A stretch of 64,000 nt of DNA, taken from the IMG/VR virus record IMGVR_UViG_3300028394_000034; one strand, given 5' to 3'. The notes beneath the pieces are model-generated. The model did not search any database. It saw nothing but the letters and a program-made list of their open reading frames with translations, and was not told the origin of the DNA. The DNA is from a virus. How positions within the stretch are numbered: the first letter of the stretch is position 1; each line of letters begins with the position of its first letter. Both the position numbers and the translations under genes were made by a program. This document shows positions 23,203 to 33,955 of this stretch, one piece after another.

Positions 23203-23665
23203 CTTTACCATCATAATAGATACCCGCGAACAACAACCGTGGACTTTTGATAATTATGCTACAGCCCACAAGAAGCTGGATACTGGGGACTATAGTATTG
23301 AGGGACTAGAAACAATATTAGGCATCGAAAGAAAAAAGAGCGTTAGCGAGTTTGCAAACAATATCATAGAAAGCAGATTTAAAGATGTTGTATTCAGAAT
23401 GAGTCAGCTTAAATACTCATTTTTATTACTTGAATTTGACTTAGAAGATATTCTTATTTATCCAGTAGGATCAACAGTTCCTAAGAAGATGTGGGACAAA
23501 ATTAAAATATCTCCAGCCTTTATTCTTAAACATATTCTAGAGTTGCAGTTAAATCATAACATCAAAGTTTTATTTTGCGGAGATTCTGATAGCGCAAGTA
23601 AAATGGCAGAACATATTCTTAAAAAGGTTCATTACATTGAAAGATTTACAAAAAAAGACATTTGA
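23174..23665 (+). CDS. ERCC4-domain nuclease
   Basis: IIIDTREQQP, KLDTGDYS, GIERKK. Confidence 0.85.
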   Translation: MQMKMTNHSDFTIIIDTREQQPWTFDNYATAHKKLDTGDYSIEGLETILGIERKKSVSEFANNIIESRFKDVVFRMSQLKYSFLLLEFDLEDILIYPVGSTVPKKMWDKIKISPAFILKHILELQLNHNIKVLFCGDSDSASKMAEHILKKVHYIERFTKKDI

Positions 23666-25664
23666 AGATGCATGGTTAGGATTAGGAGATCTGAGCCTAA
23701 TAGACATATCTAAAAACCTTATGATCAATAGATCAGAGGAAGACATAGAGAATCCGGATCTTCATTTGATGAGACTATTACGCAATCCTAAATACTTTGC
23801 TATCTCATGCAAATTACTCTTTAACATAGAACTCCACCCTATACAAGTAGCAGTGTTGCAGGAATTCTGGAATCGACCGTTCCCCATGTTTATAGCCAGC
23901 CGCGGATTCGGTAAGTCTTTTATTCTGGCTCTTTACTCCGTTTTGAAATGTGTTTTCGTCCCTGGCACCAAAATCGTGATTGTTGGTGCTGCCTTCAGAC
24001 AGAGTAAAATTATCTTTGAGTATATGGAGACCATCTGGAGGAATAGTCCAATACTAAGAAGTATTTTTAATGGAAATGATGATGGTCCAAGAAGAGACGT
24101 AGATCGTTGCACTATTAGATTAGGAGATAGTTGGGCATGTGCTATTCCTATGGGTGATGGAAGTAAGATCAGAGGATTGAGAGCACATATTATTATTGCT
24201 GACGAATTTGCATCTATCAGTCCAGATATTTATGAAACAGTAGTCGCCGGGTTCGCGGCTGTTTCTGCTAGTCCAATACAGAATGTAAAAGAACAAGCAA
24301 AGAAAAAAGCAATGACAGAAGCTGGATTATGGAATGAAGAATTAGAAGCTCTAGATACTAAAATGGGAAATCAAGCAATAATATCAGGAACAGCAGACTA
24401 CGCTTTCAAACACTTTGCATCATACTGGAAAAGATACAAGGGAATAATAGAGAGCAAGGGAGAGAAAAGAGTCTTAGAAGATTTATTCAAAGGAGATGTT
24501 CCAGCCAACTTTAATTGGAGAGACTACTCAATCATTAGAATGCCTTATGAATTAATTCCAAAAGGCTTCATGGATGATAAACAGGTAGCTAGAGCCAAGG
24601 CAACAATCCATACAGGCATTTATAATATGGAGTATGCCGCCTGCTTCGTTACAGATAGTGAAGGCTTTTTCAGAAGAAGTTTAATAGAGAACTGTGTTAC
24701 GTCAGACTCCAAACCTATCGTTATCAACGAGAAAAGAATAATATTCGATGTCTCAGTGTCAGGTAATAGCTCTGCACAATATATTTATGGAATTGACCCA
24801 GCCTCAGAGCAAGATAATTTTAGTATTACCGTACTAGAAGTTCATCCAGACCACTCTCGTATCGTCTATTGCTGGACAACTAATAGAAATAACTTTAAAG
24901 AAAGACAAAAAACTGGTCTAGTAAAAGATCATGACTTTTATGGATTCTGTGCTAGGAAAATTAGAAACCTAATGAAAACCTTCCCATGCGCTAGAATAGG
25001 AATGGACGCACAAGGAGGAGGAGTAGCAATAGAAGAAGCTTTGCATGATCCTTCTAAATTGGAAGATGGAGAAAATCTAATTTGGCCAGTAATAGACCCT
25101 AATAAAAAATCTGAAACTGATGACCAAGCTGGCCTTCATTTGATTGAGCTTGTGCAGTTTGCCAAGGCAGATTGGACTAGTCAAGCAAATCATGGATTAA
25201 GAAAAGATTTAGAAGATAAAGTATTATTATTCCCTAGGTTTGATAGTTTAACTCTAGGATTAGCCTTAGATAAAGAAGGTAAAGATATATTAGAAACAGA
25301 TTTAAATCCAATATACGATAGTGTTAGTGAATGTATTTTAGAAATAGAAGAACTAAAGAACGAATTGACCACTATTGTTATGACACAAACAAGTAATGGT
25401 CCTAATGCTAGAGATAGATGGGATACTCCTGAAATCAAATTACAGAATGGCAAAAAGGGAAGACTCAGAAAAGACCGATATAGTTCATTAATAATAGCAA
25501 ACATGCTAGCAAGACAAATGAATAGGACTTTAAAAAATATCTCCTATGATATAGTCGGTGGAAATGCCAGGAATATGGTTGGACAGACAGGAGATATGTA
25601 TAAGGGACCAGAATGGTTTACTTCTTCTGCTAACGATGAGATTTATAAGGGCATTTATAGATAA
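23637..25664 (+). CDS. terL: Terminase large subunit
   Basis: Walker A ASRGFGKS, Walker B IIADEF, RNase H-like YGIDPA...DNF and DRYS. Confidence 0.9.
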   Translation: MKDLQKKTFEDAWLGLGDLSLIDISKNLMINRSEEDIENPDLHLMRLLRNPKYFAISCKLLFNIELHPIQVAVLQEFWNRPFPMFIASRGFGKSFILALYSVLKCVFVPGTKIVIVGAAFRQSKIIFEYMETIWRNSPILRSIFNGNDDGPRRDVDRCTIRLGDSWACAIPMGDGSKIRGLRAHIIIADEFASISPDIYETVVAGFAAVSASPIQNVKEQAKKKAMTEAGLWNEELEALDTKMGNQAIISGTADYAFKHFASYWKRYKGIIESKGEKRVLEDLFKGDVPANFNWRDYSIIRMPYELIPKGFMDDKQVARAKATIHTGIYNMEYAACFVTDSEGFFRRSLIENCVTSDSKPIVINEKRIIFDVSVSGNSSAQYIYGIDPASEQDNFSITVLEVHPDHSRIVYCWTTNRNNFKERQKTGLVKDHDFYGFCARKIRNLMKTFPCARIGMDAQGGGVAIEEALHDPSKLEDGENLIWPVIDPNKKSETDDQAGLHLIELVQFAKADWTSQANHGLRKDLEDKVLLFPRFDSLTLGLALDKEGKDILETDLNPIYDSVSECILEIEELKNELTTIVMTQTSNGPNARDRWDTPEIKLQNGKKGRLRKDRYSSLIIANMLARQMNRTLKNISYDIVGGNARNMVGQTGDMYKGPEWFTSSANDEIYKGIYR

Positions 25665-25665
25665 A

Positions 25666-25683
25666 AGTGTATTTAAAGTTAGT
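25666..25683 (+). promoter_or_regulatory. Putative late promoter
   Basis: AGTGTAT-N7-TAGT. Confidence 0.55.
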
Positions 25684-25722
25684 AATATAAACGTATTCCC
25701 ATTACAATTCTATTGAAATAAT

Positions 25723-27921
25723 ATGGCTAAAAAATATTCGAAAAACGACGTAATCCAGAATGCCCGAACTGTTCCAGAAAATGCTTACGTTACTTGGGGA
25801 GATGATCTTTCCAGCAAGCAGGAGGCCCTAAAAGAATCTTCTGCTTCTTTGGATGAATTTACAATGGTTGAAAAAGCCCAAGGAGGCAGGCGTTTTGGTT
25901 TGGATTATTCCAATCTAGACGGAGTTTCTGGAGGTCGTCCAGGATTAACTCGATCTGATTATTACTACTTTAGACCAGATGAAGCTCCTCCTCAGAAGAT
26001 CAAAGAGATAATTCGTAGATCAGAAGATATTTATCAAAGAGTAGGTCTTGTTAAAAACGTTATAGATCTTATGGGTGATTTTGCAAGTCAGGGAATTCGT
26101 ATAGTTCATAAAAATAAGAGAATAGAGAGATTCTATAGAAGATGGTTTAAAAAGATAGAAGGCAAAGATAGATCAGAAAGATTTCTTAATAATATTTATA
26201 AGACTGGGAATATTGTTATTGATCGAAGAACAGCAAAATTAAGTTTAAAAGTAACAGATAAGCTTTATCAAAGTATGGGATCTGCTGATCTTCAGATTTC
26301 AGATATTGATGTTGTTCCAGTTGTTGAAAAAAGAGAAGTCCCTTGGAAATATACTTTCATAGATCCAGCATATGTAGATGTTGCAGCAGGCTCTTTATCC
26401 TCCTTTGTTTCTAGTTCAAATAAAACATATGAATTACAACTTCCTGCATCTCTTAGAAAAGTTATAAATACTCCAAAAACAGATGCTGAAAAACAAATAG
26501 TAGCATCTCTACCCTTAGAGATTATTCAAGCAGCCAAAAGCAAGAAACCATATTCATTAGACCCAAACAAAACTCTTGTTTTCCATTATAAGAAAGATGA
26601 CTGGCAGGCTTGGGCATATCCTATGATATATGCTATCATGGATGATATTACAGTTATTGAAAAACTAAAATTAGCAGATATGGCAGCTTTAGATGGAGCC
26701 ATATCAAATATTAGAATTTTTAAGTTAGGAAATCTAGAACACAGAATAGCTCCCACAAAAGCAGCTACTGCAAAACTAGCTCAAATTCTAGGAAATAATG
26801 TTGGCGGTGGAACAATGGATCTTGTTTGGGGTCCAGATATTGAGCTTATTGAATCCAAGACCAATGTTCATCAATTCTTGGGTGAAGGTAAGTACGTTCC
26901 TCATATGAATAGCGTCTATGCTGGCTTAGGTATTCCTCCCACATTAACTGGAACATTCGGAGCTGCTGGTACTACAAATAACTTTATTTCTCTTAAGACA
27001 CTAACTCAAAGACTACAGTATGGTAGAGATGTTTTAATTGAATTCTGGGAGCAGGAAATAGCTTTAGTCCAAAAGGCTATGGGATTTAAACATCCAGCTA
27101 AAGTAGAATTTGATAGAATGGATCTTAGTAATGAAGATACTGAAAAAGCTTTGTTGATACAACTTGCTGATAGAAATCTAATTAGTGATGAGCTTATTCA
27201 AACAAGATTTGGTTTTGATCCAGATATGGAGAAGTCTAGACTTAATAGAGAGTATAGAGAAAGAAAAACTGATCGCATGATTAATAAGGCAGGACCATGG
27301 CATGATCCACAATTTACTAATGCTCTTAAAAAGATTGCTCTTCAAGCAGGAGTAGTATCTCCAAGTCAAGTAGGTTTAGATTTAGAAAAGAAAAAGTCTG
27401 GAGAGAAGAGTGCTTTAGAGATGAGACAACAGGCTATTCCTCCAAAATTAGGTACTGGTCCTAACCCTACTCAATCACTACCAAAAGAACCTGGAGAAGG
27501 AAGGCCTAAACTATCCAACGATAAAGAAAAAAGAAAAACAAAAGTTTTCAAACCTCAGACTGGTGCTAGCCTAATGATCTGGGCAAATAAAGCTCAAGAT
27601 AATATTTCAGAGATAATGAATCCAATATTGCTAGAATTTTATAACAAGAAAAACTTAAGAAGCATGTCTTCTTTAGAATCTCAAGAAGCAGAAATTATTA
27701 AAACAAAAATGCTATTCAGTTTTCAACCATATGTAAAAATAGACGAAAATTCAGTATTAGCTGCTTTTAATAATATAGATAAAAAAGAACATAATCATAT
27801 TATTGAAACCTATAAAAATTGGCTAAAAGAAATAGCTAATGAATTAAATACCCAGTTATCCGTAGAAGAACAAAAACAGGCTAAGGCTTCTTTTTACTCA
27901 ATGGTGTATTCATCTACATAA
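25723..27921 (+). CDS. Portal protein
   Basis: Follows TerL; 732 aa; GLGIPPTL clip region; precedes protease and capsid. Confidence 0.75.
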   Translation: MAKKYSKNDVIQNARTVPENAYVTWGDDLSSKQEALKESSASLDEFTMVEKAQGGRRFGLDYSNLDGVSGGRPGLTRSDYYYFRPDEAPPQKIKEIIRRSEDIYQRVGLVKNVIDLMGDFASQGIRIVHKNKRIERFYRRWFKKIEGKDRSERFLNNIYKTGNIVIDRRTAKLSLKVTDKLYQSMGSADLQISDIDVVPVVEKREVPWKYTFIDPAYVDVAAGSLSSFVSSSNKTYELQLPASLRKVINTPKTDAEKQIVASLPLEIIQAAKSKKPYSLDPNKTLVFHYKKDDWQAWAYPMIYAIMDDITVIEKLKLADMAALDGAISNIRIFKLGNLEHRIAPTKAATAKLAQILGNNVGGGTMDLVWGPDIELIESKTNVHQFLGEGKYVPHMNSVYAGLGIPPTLTGTFGAAGTTNNFISLKTLTQRLQYGRDVLIEFWEQEIALVQKAMGFKHPAKVEFDRMDLSNEDTEKALLIQLADRNLISDELIQTRFGFDPDMEKSRLNREYRERKTDRMINKAGPWHDPQFTNALKKIALQAGVVSPSQVGLDLEKKKSGEKSALEMRQQAIPPKLGTGPNPTQSLPKEPGEGRPKLSNDKEKRKTKVFKPQTGASLMIWANKAQDNISEIMNPILLEFYNKKNLRSMSSLESQEAEIIKTKMLFSFQPYVKIDENSVLAAFNNIDKKEHNHIIETYKNWLKEIANELNTQLSVEEQKQAKASFYSMVYSST
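27903..27920 (+). promoter_or_regulatory. Putative late promoter
   Basis: GGTGTAT-N7-CATA. Confidence 0.5.
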
Positions 27922-27935
27922 AATAGGAGTATATA

Positions 27936-29420
27936 ATGCAAATTTTTAAACAAGAAATTGAAGATGGTTTAGAGGCTAAAGTAGCAGCATCTGCATCGAT
28001 AACCTATGCTGCTTTTGCCCAGCCTTGTGATAAAAATACTAAAAATGCTATGAAACATATTAAGAGTTTAGCTTCTCTTAATGATAGTGATTTATACTAT
28101 GTTCAGTCTATTTTAGTTAGTTCATCATGGAATAAAAATGATGACATCTTCGATAAAACCGAAGTTTGGCTAGCTAAAAATACTCCAGAAGATAAGCCCA
28201 CAAATCTAGAGCATGATGAAAATCTTATTATCGGACATATTACATCAAACTGGCCAATCACAGAAGATGGAATACTAATTGATGCAAATACTCCTATGGA
28301 GAATTTGCCAGAAAAGTATCACATTCTAACAGGCTCAGTTATCTATAAGGCTTTTTCTAATCCTGAGCTTAAGGACAGATCAGACAAGCTTATTGCAGAA
28401 ATAGAAAATGGTCAAAAGTATGTTAGTATGGAGTGCTTTTTTAAGGGATTTGATTATGGTGTCCAAGATAAAAGCAGTGGAGAATATAAAGTTTTAGCAA
28501 GAAATGAGGAAACAGCATATCTTACTAAATATTTAAGAGCCTACGGTGGACTAGGCGAACATGATAATTATAAGATTGGTAGAGTATTACGAAATATTAC
28601 GTTTTCTGGTAAAGGCTTTGTTGATAGACCAGCCAATCCAGATAGTATTATTTTTAAGAAAAACATTTTTAGTGAATCACCAGAAAATATTTCTGATGAA
28701 AAAATTGAAGATTTATCAATATCAGGTGTATCAAATAATCAGTCAACCTCTAACGTGGAGAATCATACTATGAGTTTAGAAAAAGAAGTTGTAGAAGCCG
28801 CCGAAATAGTCGCTGAACAACTCACAGAAAATACAAAAGAATTAGAAGCAACAGTACTAGCTAAAGAAGAAGAAATTGCAAAGCTAAAAGCAGAGCTAGA
28901 TCTTCTAAAGAGCGAAAAAGAAGAAGCTGCTAAAAAGATTAAAGAAGATGAAGACTCTAAGGATGAAGAGAACAAGAACCTCAAGGCTGCTTTAGAAGCT
29001 GCTAATGAGACAATTGCTGGCTACAAGATGAAAGAAGAAGAAATGGCTAAAAAAGAAAAAAAGATGAAAAGAGTAGCCTCTCTTGTTGAAGTAGGTGTTG
29101 ATACCGAAACAGCAACATCCACAGTAGAAAAATTTGAATCTCTAGATGATGAAGCTTTTGATGCTATGACTTCACTATTTGCTGGCAAAATGCCACCATG
29201 GTTGGAGAAGATTAAAAAGGGAGATGACGAAGAAGATACAAAGACTAAAGAAAAGAAAAAGGCTTCAGAAGAGATTACTGATCCTTCAATTCTAGAAACA
29301 GCAGAAGTAGAAGAAACAGTTAATCTAAGTGTTGGCGGCGAAACTGCTGAATCAGCTATCGAAGCCACACGTGCAGATTTGGTAGCATTTGTTTATAGCA
29401 GATTAGGCAAGAAACTCTAA
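27936..29420 (+). CDS. Prohead protease/scaffold fusion
   Basis: N-domain with NLEHDE..IIGHI, VSMEC, FSGKGFVDRPAN.D.S (HK97-like protease pattern); acidic coiled-coil C-half. Confidence 0.65.
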   Translation: MQIFKQEIEDGLEAKVAASASITYAAFAQPCDKNTKNAMKHIKSLASLNDSDLYYVQSILVSSSWNKNDDIFDKTEVWLAKNTPEDKPTNLEHDENLIIGHITSNWPITEDGILIDANTPMENLPEKYHILTGSVIYKAFSNPELKDRSDKLIAEIENGQKYVSMECFFKGFDYGVQDKSSGEYKVLARNEETAYLTKYLRAYGGLGEHDNYKIGRVLRNITFSGKGFVDRPANPDSIIFKKNIFSESPENISDEKIEDLSISGVSNNQSTSNVENHTMSLEKEVVEAAEIVAEQLTENTKELEATVLAKEEEIAKLKAELDLLKSEKEEAAKKIKEDEDSKDEENKNLKAALEAANETIAGYKMKEEEMAKKEKKMKRVASLVEVGVDTETATSTVEKFESLDDEAFDAMTSLFAGKMPPWLEKIKKGDDEEDTKTKEKKKASEEITDPSILETAEVEETVNLSVGGETAESAIEATRADLVAFVYSRLGKKL

Positions 29421-29444
29421 AAACCTTTATAAGGGAGAACTGAA

Positions 29445-29903
29445 ATGGCTCTTAAACCACATCGTATCGAATCATACCAAGACGTATCCTTCTTCATGGA
29501 TACAGTAGGCGAAAGAGGCGGTATTGTTGTTCACAATACTTCCGGTAGCGGCGTTGCTATGGATGATGGCAATGCAGTAGTAATGTATCCAACAGGCGTT
29601 GTTTCTGGTACCAAGCCAGCCGGTTTGTTACTAAATGATGTTGTTAGTCTTGATCTAACAAGACAGCACATCAACTGGTTCCGTGACGAAGTACAAGTTG
29701 GCGGCAAGGTCTGCCTACTCCGTCAAGGTCAAGTAACAACCGATAGACTCGCTTCTGGTCAATCACCAACCGCCGGTGTTGACGCTTATTATGATGCCAC
29801 TGGTCTTCTAACAACAGTTAGCACTAACAGTGTTAAGGTTGGCAGATTCCTAGGCGCCAAAGATTCCGACGGCTATGTCAAAGTAGATATCAATATCACC
29901 TGA
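29445..29903 (+). CDS. Head decoration/capsid cement protein
   Basis: Position before MCP; PAGLLL, VGRFLG..D.DG.VKV.INI. Confidence 0.6.
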   Translation: MALKPHRIESYQDVSFFMDTVGERGGIVVHNTSGSGVAMDDGNAVVMYPTGVVSGTKPAGLLLNDVVSLDLTRQHINWFRDEVQVGGKVCLLRQGQVTTDRLASGQSPTAGVDAYYDATGLLTTVSTNSVKVGRFLGAKDSDGYVKVDINIT

Positions 29904-29926
29904 AAACCTGATTAAGGGAGAAAAAA

Positions 29927-30934
29927 ATGTCAGCTAATACTAAATTTCAACCATCGCCCGAACTAACAGATCTTCTTGTTCGTTCAGGCTCGCCAAATCG
30001 TGAAGTTGCTCTAGCAGCCAATGCAGAATTTGCAAAAGCTCTTGAGCTTCCATTGAGAAAAGGTCTACTAAGTGGTGATATTCTTGATGGTATCTTCGAG
30101 CCAATTCAACTTGCTCAAAGTGCCACTCCAGAGTTCCCCTTGGATTTCCTTGCTCCTGGAACTGAAAAAGACTTTGTGGCATATACCATTCCAAACCATG
30201 GATATATTCCAGAACGTCACGTCGAGAGTGATTACGTCATGGTCCCAACATACGACATTGGATCGTCAATTGACTATCTTCTAAAGTATGCTCGTGACGC
30301 TCGCTGGGACGTTGTTGGTCGTGCTATGGAAGTGCTCGAAGGTTCATTCGTCAAGAAGATGAATGATGACGGATGGCACACACTACTAGCCGCTGGTGTT
30401 GACCGCAATATCGTCGTATACGATAGTGATGCTAGCACCAACCAGTTTACAAAGCGTCTAGTAAGTCTAATGAAGACAGTTATGCGTCGCAACGGCGGTG
30501 GTAACAGCGCTTCAAATAACCGTGGTATGCTAACTGATCTCTATGTTTCACCAGAAAGCATGGAAGACATTCGTAACTGGGGTATTGATCAAGTTGACGA
30601 GGTTACTCGTCGTGAGATCTACACTTCCAACGACGGTGTTCTAAACCGCGTTTTCGGCATTAATCTCCACGACCTAGATGAACTAGGTGTCGGTCAAGAG
30701 TACCAACTATTCTATAGTAGTACACTTGCTGGCTCACTACCATCTGGCAAGACAGAGATTGTTGTTGGTCTTGATCAGCGTAAGAGCGATAGCTTCATTA
30801 TGCCAGTCCGTGAGCAAGTTCAAATCTTCGAAGACGACACACTACATCGTCAGAAGAGAGCTGGTTTCTACGGATGGGCAGAGCAAGGCTTTGCAGTTCT
30901 TGACAACCGCAGAGTAATGCTCGGCGCTGTCTGA
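29927..30934 (+). CDS. Major capsid protein (HK97 fold)
   Basis: 335 aa, biased codon usage, followed by terminator; C-terminal GF..W.E.GFAVLD.R. Confidence 0.8.
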   Translation: MSANTKFQPSPELTDLLVRSGSPNREVALAANAEFAKALELPLRKGLLSGDILDGIFEPIQLAQSATPEFPLDFLAPGTEKDFVAYTIPNHGYIPERHVESDYVMVPTYDIGSSIDYLLKYARDARWDVVGRAMEVLEGSFVKKMNDDGWHTLLAAGVDRNIVVYDSDASTNQFTKRLVSLMKTVMRRNGGGNSASNNRGMLTDLYVSPESMEDIRNWGIDQVDEVTRREIYTSNDGVLNRVFGINLHDLDELGVGQEYQLFYSSTLAGSLPSGKTEIVVGLDQRKSDSFIMPVREQVQIFEDDTLHRQKRAGFYGWAEQGFAVLDNRRVMLGAV

Positions 30935-30961
30935 TCTACAATACCACAATCCCAAATAAAA

Positions 30962-30992
30962 GAGGCTAGCCTAACGGCTGGCCTTTTTTTTT
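30962..30992 (+). terminator. Rho-independent terminator after MCP
   Basis: gaggctagcc-taac-ggctggcctt plus T run. Confidence 0.85.
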
Positions 30993-30993
30993 A

Positions 30994-31011
30994 GGTGTAT
31001 TTAATCGTATA
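30994..31011 (+). promoter_or_regulatory. Putative late promoter
   Basis: GGTGTAT-N7-TATA. Confidence 0.6.
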
Positions 31012-31039
31012 CAAACACATTCCATAAGGTATTACTACT

Positions 31040-31447
31040 ATGGCAGCAAGTAAATATGATTTTGCTATAGAACAAGGAACTTCTTTTAGATTAGCTTTAA
31101 TCTATAAAGATTCCTCTGGCAATCCAGTAAATCTAACAAATTGGTGTGCTAGAATAATTTGGAAAACTAATACTAATGATACTCAGATATTTAGTTCTAA
31201 AAATACTGATTATAGTACATATAAATTTACTATAGACGGCCCAAACGCTAAATTGATGCTGTTATTACCAGCTAGCACCACAAATAACTTTAATTTCAAT
31301 ACGGCTAAATATGACTTAGAGTTAAAGTCTCCTGATCTTTTATATTCTGGAAATCCCGATACATATACTACCAGAATTTTATTTGGGACAATTACTATAG
31401 TTAAACGATTTAGTCAATCTAATATAGGATTAGGGTGCTCTTCATGA
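31040..31447 (+). CDS. Virion beta-sandwich (BppU-like) protein
   Basis: YDFAIEQG.SF...VNLT.W...AKYDLEL; paralog of the 43202 N-terminus. Confidence 0.55.
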   Translation: MAASKYDFAIEQGTSFRLALIYKDSSGNPVNLTNWCARIIWKTNTNDTQIFSSKNTDYSTYKFTIDGPNAKLMLLLPASTTNNFNFNTAKYDLELKSPDLLYSGNPDTYTTRILFGTITIVKRFSQSNIGLGCSS

Positions 31448-31707
31448 GTGACTTTACTATAGAAATAACTGATGTTCAGAGTAATATTATACAAATAGAA
31501 ACTAGTTTTGTAGAGAATATTAATAATATTGAAATTGAAAGATATGAAAGCTATAATGTTGAAGTAGTTAATACAGAAAAGATATTACCAAGCGATTTTC
31601 CAGATACTTATCCGATAGATAAGATTATAGGTAATTTACCAGTATCTAGAGTCTCAGGTCTTAATGATTATTTAAACCACTATACTTTTGACTGTGGTAC
31701 CCCATAA
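31435..31707 (+). CDS. Small virion-associated protein
   Basis: Coupled ORF ending DCGTP. Confidence 0.5.
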   Translation: MLFMSDFTIEITDVQSNIIQIETSFVENINNIEIERYESYNVEVVNTEKILPSDFPDTYPIDKIIGNLPVSRVSGLNDYLNHYTFDCGTP

Positions 31708-31730
31708 CTTTTAAACAAGGGCTTATACAG

Positions 31731-33098
31731 ATGCCAGCACTTACTAGAATTCAACTTCGTAGAGGAACAGCAGCTTCCGGAAGTGACCAATGGACTAATC
31801 AAGTTCTATATGCTGGAGAAATCGGATATGAAACAGACACAGGAAAATTTAAGATTGGTAATGGTTCAACAATATGGTCATCTTTACCATACTCTGCTGT
31901 TTTACCTTCTGAATTAAATGAGAGTATTGATGATAGAGTAGCGGCCTTACTATCTGCCGGAACGAATCTTCAAATTACCTATAATGATTCTTCCAACTCC
32001 TTATCGTTAGCTGTTACAGGAGTTAGTTTACCAGGACATACTCATACAGCTTCTAATATAACAGACTTTAATAGTGCTGTTAGACTAAACACTCTTGATC
32101 AATTAGGAGCCCCAACCTCTTCTGTATCACTAAATAGTCAAAGAATAACAAATCTAGCTACTCCCACAGGAGACGCAGACGCTGCAACAAAATCTTATGT
32201 AGATGCTTTTAAGCAAGGATTGGATGTTAAACAAAGCGTGCGGGTTGCTACAACAGAAAATATAACTTTAAGTGGAACTCAAACAATAGATGGAGTTTCC
32301 TTGTCTGTTGGAGATAGAGTTTTAGTTAAAGACCAATCCCTTGCTAATTTAAATGGTATATATGCTGTTGCCTCTGGTTCTTGGTCACGAGATACAGATA
32401 CTGATACTAGTGCCAAAGTTACTGCTGGTATGTTTACTTTTGTTACTGAAGGAACGACCAATGCAGATTCTGGATGGGTACTAACAACTAATGACACTAT
32501 AAACTTAGGATCAACCTTCTTATCTTTTTCTCAATTTAGTGTTGCAGGACAAATAACTCCGGGTGCTGGTCTTACTAAGACTGGTAATACAATAGATATT
32601 GGAACTGCTAGTTCTTCTAGAATAGTAGTAAATGCTGATAGTATAGATTTAGCAACAGTATCTCAAAGCAACTCTACAGGATCTTCTGGAGCATCTTTTG
32701 TACAGAGTGTGGGTGTGGACTCTTATGGAAGAGTAACGGGAATAGTTACTGGTCCTATTAATGTAGTCGATGCTACATCTTCAGTAAAAGGCATAGCTAC
32801 TTTTGATAGTGGTGATTTTGTAGTTACTACTGGTAATGTTTCAATTAAGCTTGGTGGTGTTGATAATCTCCAATTAGCTAATAGTACAGTAACTGTTGGA
32901 TCAACAGCTATTTCGCTGGGAGCTTCTGCTACGACTTTAACTGGGCTTTCTTCAGTTTCAAGTTCATCTTTTGTTGGGGCTTTAACTGGTAATTCTAGTA
33001 GTGCGACTGCACTTCAAACTGCTCGTACAATCAACGGAACTAGTTTTGATGGAACAGCTAATATTACAATAGCTTCTGTTGATGGCGGCACTCCCTGA
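31731..33098 (+). CDS. Tail fibre-like protein with Mtd N-terminal domain
   Basis: RIQLRRGTAA..W...L..GEIGYETDTGKFKIGNG..W..LPY; DAATKSYVD; ends DGGTP. Confidence 0.75.
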   Translation: MPALTRIQLRRGTAASGSDQWTNQVLYAGEIGYETDTGKFKIGNGSTIWSSLPYSAVLPSELNESIDDRVAALLSAGTNLQITYNDSSNSLSLAVTGVSLPGHTHTASNITDFNSAVRLNTLDQLGAPTSSVSLNSQRITNLATPTGDADAATKSYVDAFKQGLDVKQSVRVATTENITLSGTQTIDGVSLSVGDRVLVKDQSLANLNGIYAVASGSWSRDTDTDTSAKVTAGMFTFVTEGTTNADSGWVLTTNDTINLGSTFLSFSQFSVAGQITPGAGLTKTGNTIDIGTASSSRIVVNADSIDLATVSQSNSTGSSGASFVQSVGVDSYGRVTGIVTGPINVVDATSSVKGIATFDSGDFVVTTGNVSIKLGGVDNLQLANSTVTVGSTAISLGASATTLTGLSSVSSSSFVGALTGNSSSATALQTARTINGTSFDGTANITIASVDGGTP

Positions 33099-33117
33099 AT
33101 TTAATTAGGATTTATTA

Positions 33118-33945
33118 ATGACTACATTTAATGTTTATTATTCAGGAGGAGTAGTAAAATTATATAGAGATACTAACTCTAATTATAAAATATTGTCTAT
33201 AAATGATGGAGTTTCTCCAACACCTACTCCAACTAATACTCCAACAGCAGTAGTATCATTTACTCCAATGGCTGTGCTATTAACTAGTGGGTCATCATAT
33301 ACAGTTCCAGCTAATGCAACCACCATGAAAGCGTGGGTAATTGGCGGTGGCGGCTCTAATGGAAGTACAAACTGGGGAGGCGCTGGTGGTTGTGCATATA
33401 AAACATGGTCTGTTACTGGTGGTAGTACTTTAGCAATGACTATAGGTTCTGGAGGACCAAAGTGGGGCGCAAATACATCTGTATCTGGCGCTGGCGGAAA
33501 TACCACTGTTACTTATGGCGGTGTGACAATTACCGGCCAAGGCGGGACGCAAGGCGGTGGCGGCGCAAGCGGCAACAATTACAGCGGTGGTAGTTTTAGC
33601 GGCGGAGACGGTGGTGCTGCTGGTGGAACAGGTAGCGGCAGTATTTACACGGGCGACGGCGACTATTACGGCGGCGCTGTCGGTGGTAATGGAGCATCCA
33701 CGGGGTCTTGCAAGAGAAGAGTTATGACTGATATATCTGGATTAAAAGCAGCATTAACTCTTGCTGGAATATCAACCACAGAAACTTGTGCAGCTTCTGC
33801 TGCTTTTGGTTCTGGGGGTGCTGGTAATAAATATGGGAGTGTTGCGGCTGGCTATGGCGGCGGTGGAGCAATGGATAATACAATCGGCAATTGGGGAACG
33901 GCACAAGCTGGTGGTAATGGAGCTATTGTATTATATTTTACATAG
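33118..33945 (+). CDS. Gly-rich virion protein with TP linker
   Basis: PTPTPTNTPT; KAWVIGGGG; Gly-rich; paralog of 37809. Confidence 0.65.
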   Translation: MTTFNVYYSGGVVKLYRDTNSNYKILSINDGVSPTPTPTNTPTAVVSFTPMAVLLTSGSSYTVPANATTMKAWVIGGGGSNGSTNWGGAGGCAYKTWSVTGGSTLAMTIGSGGPKWGANTSVSGAGGNTTVTYGGVTITGQGGTQGGGGASGNNYSGGSFSGGDGGAAGGTGSGSIYTGDGDYYGGAVGGNGASTGSCKRRVMTDISGLKAALTLAGISTTETCAASAAFGSGGAGNKYGSVAAGYGGGGAMDNTIGNWGTAQAGGNGAIVLYFT

Positions 33946-33955
33946 GAGTAATTTA

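Noticed and set aside
23637-30934. Inteins or introns in terL, portal or capsid; alternative genetic code
   Set aside because: ORFs are continuous with expected sizes under code 11; no intein motifs or suppressor tRNA noticed
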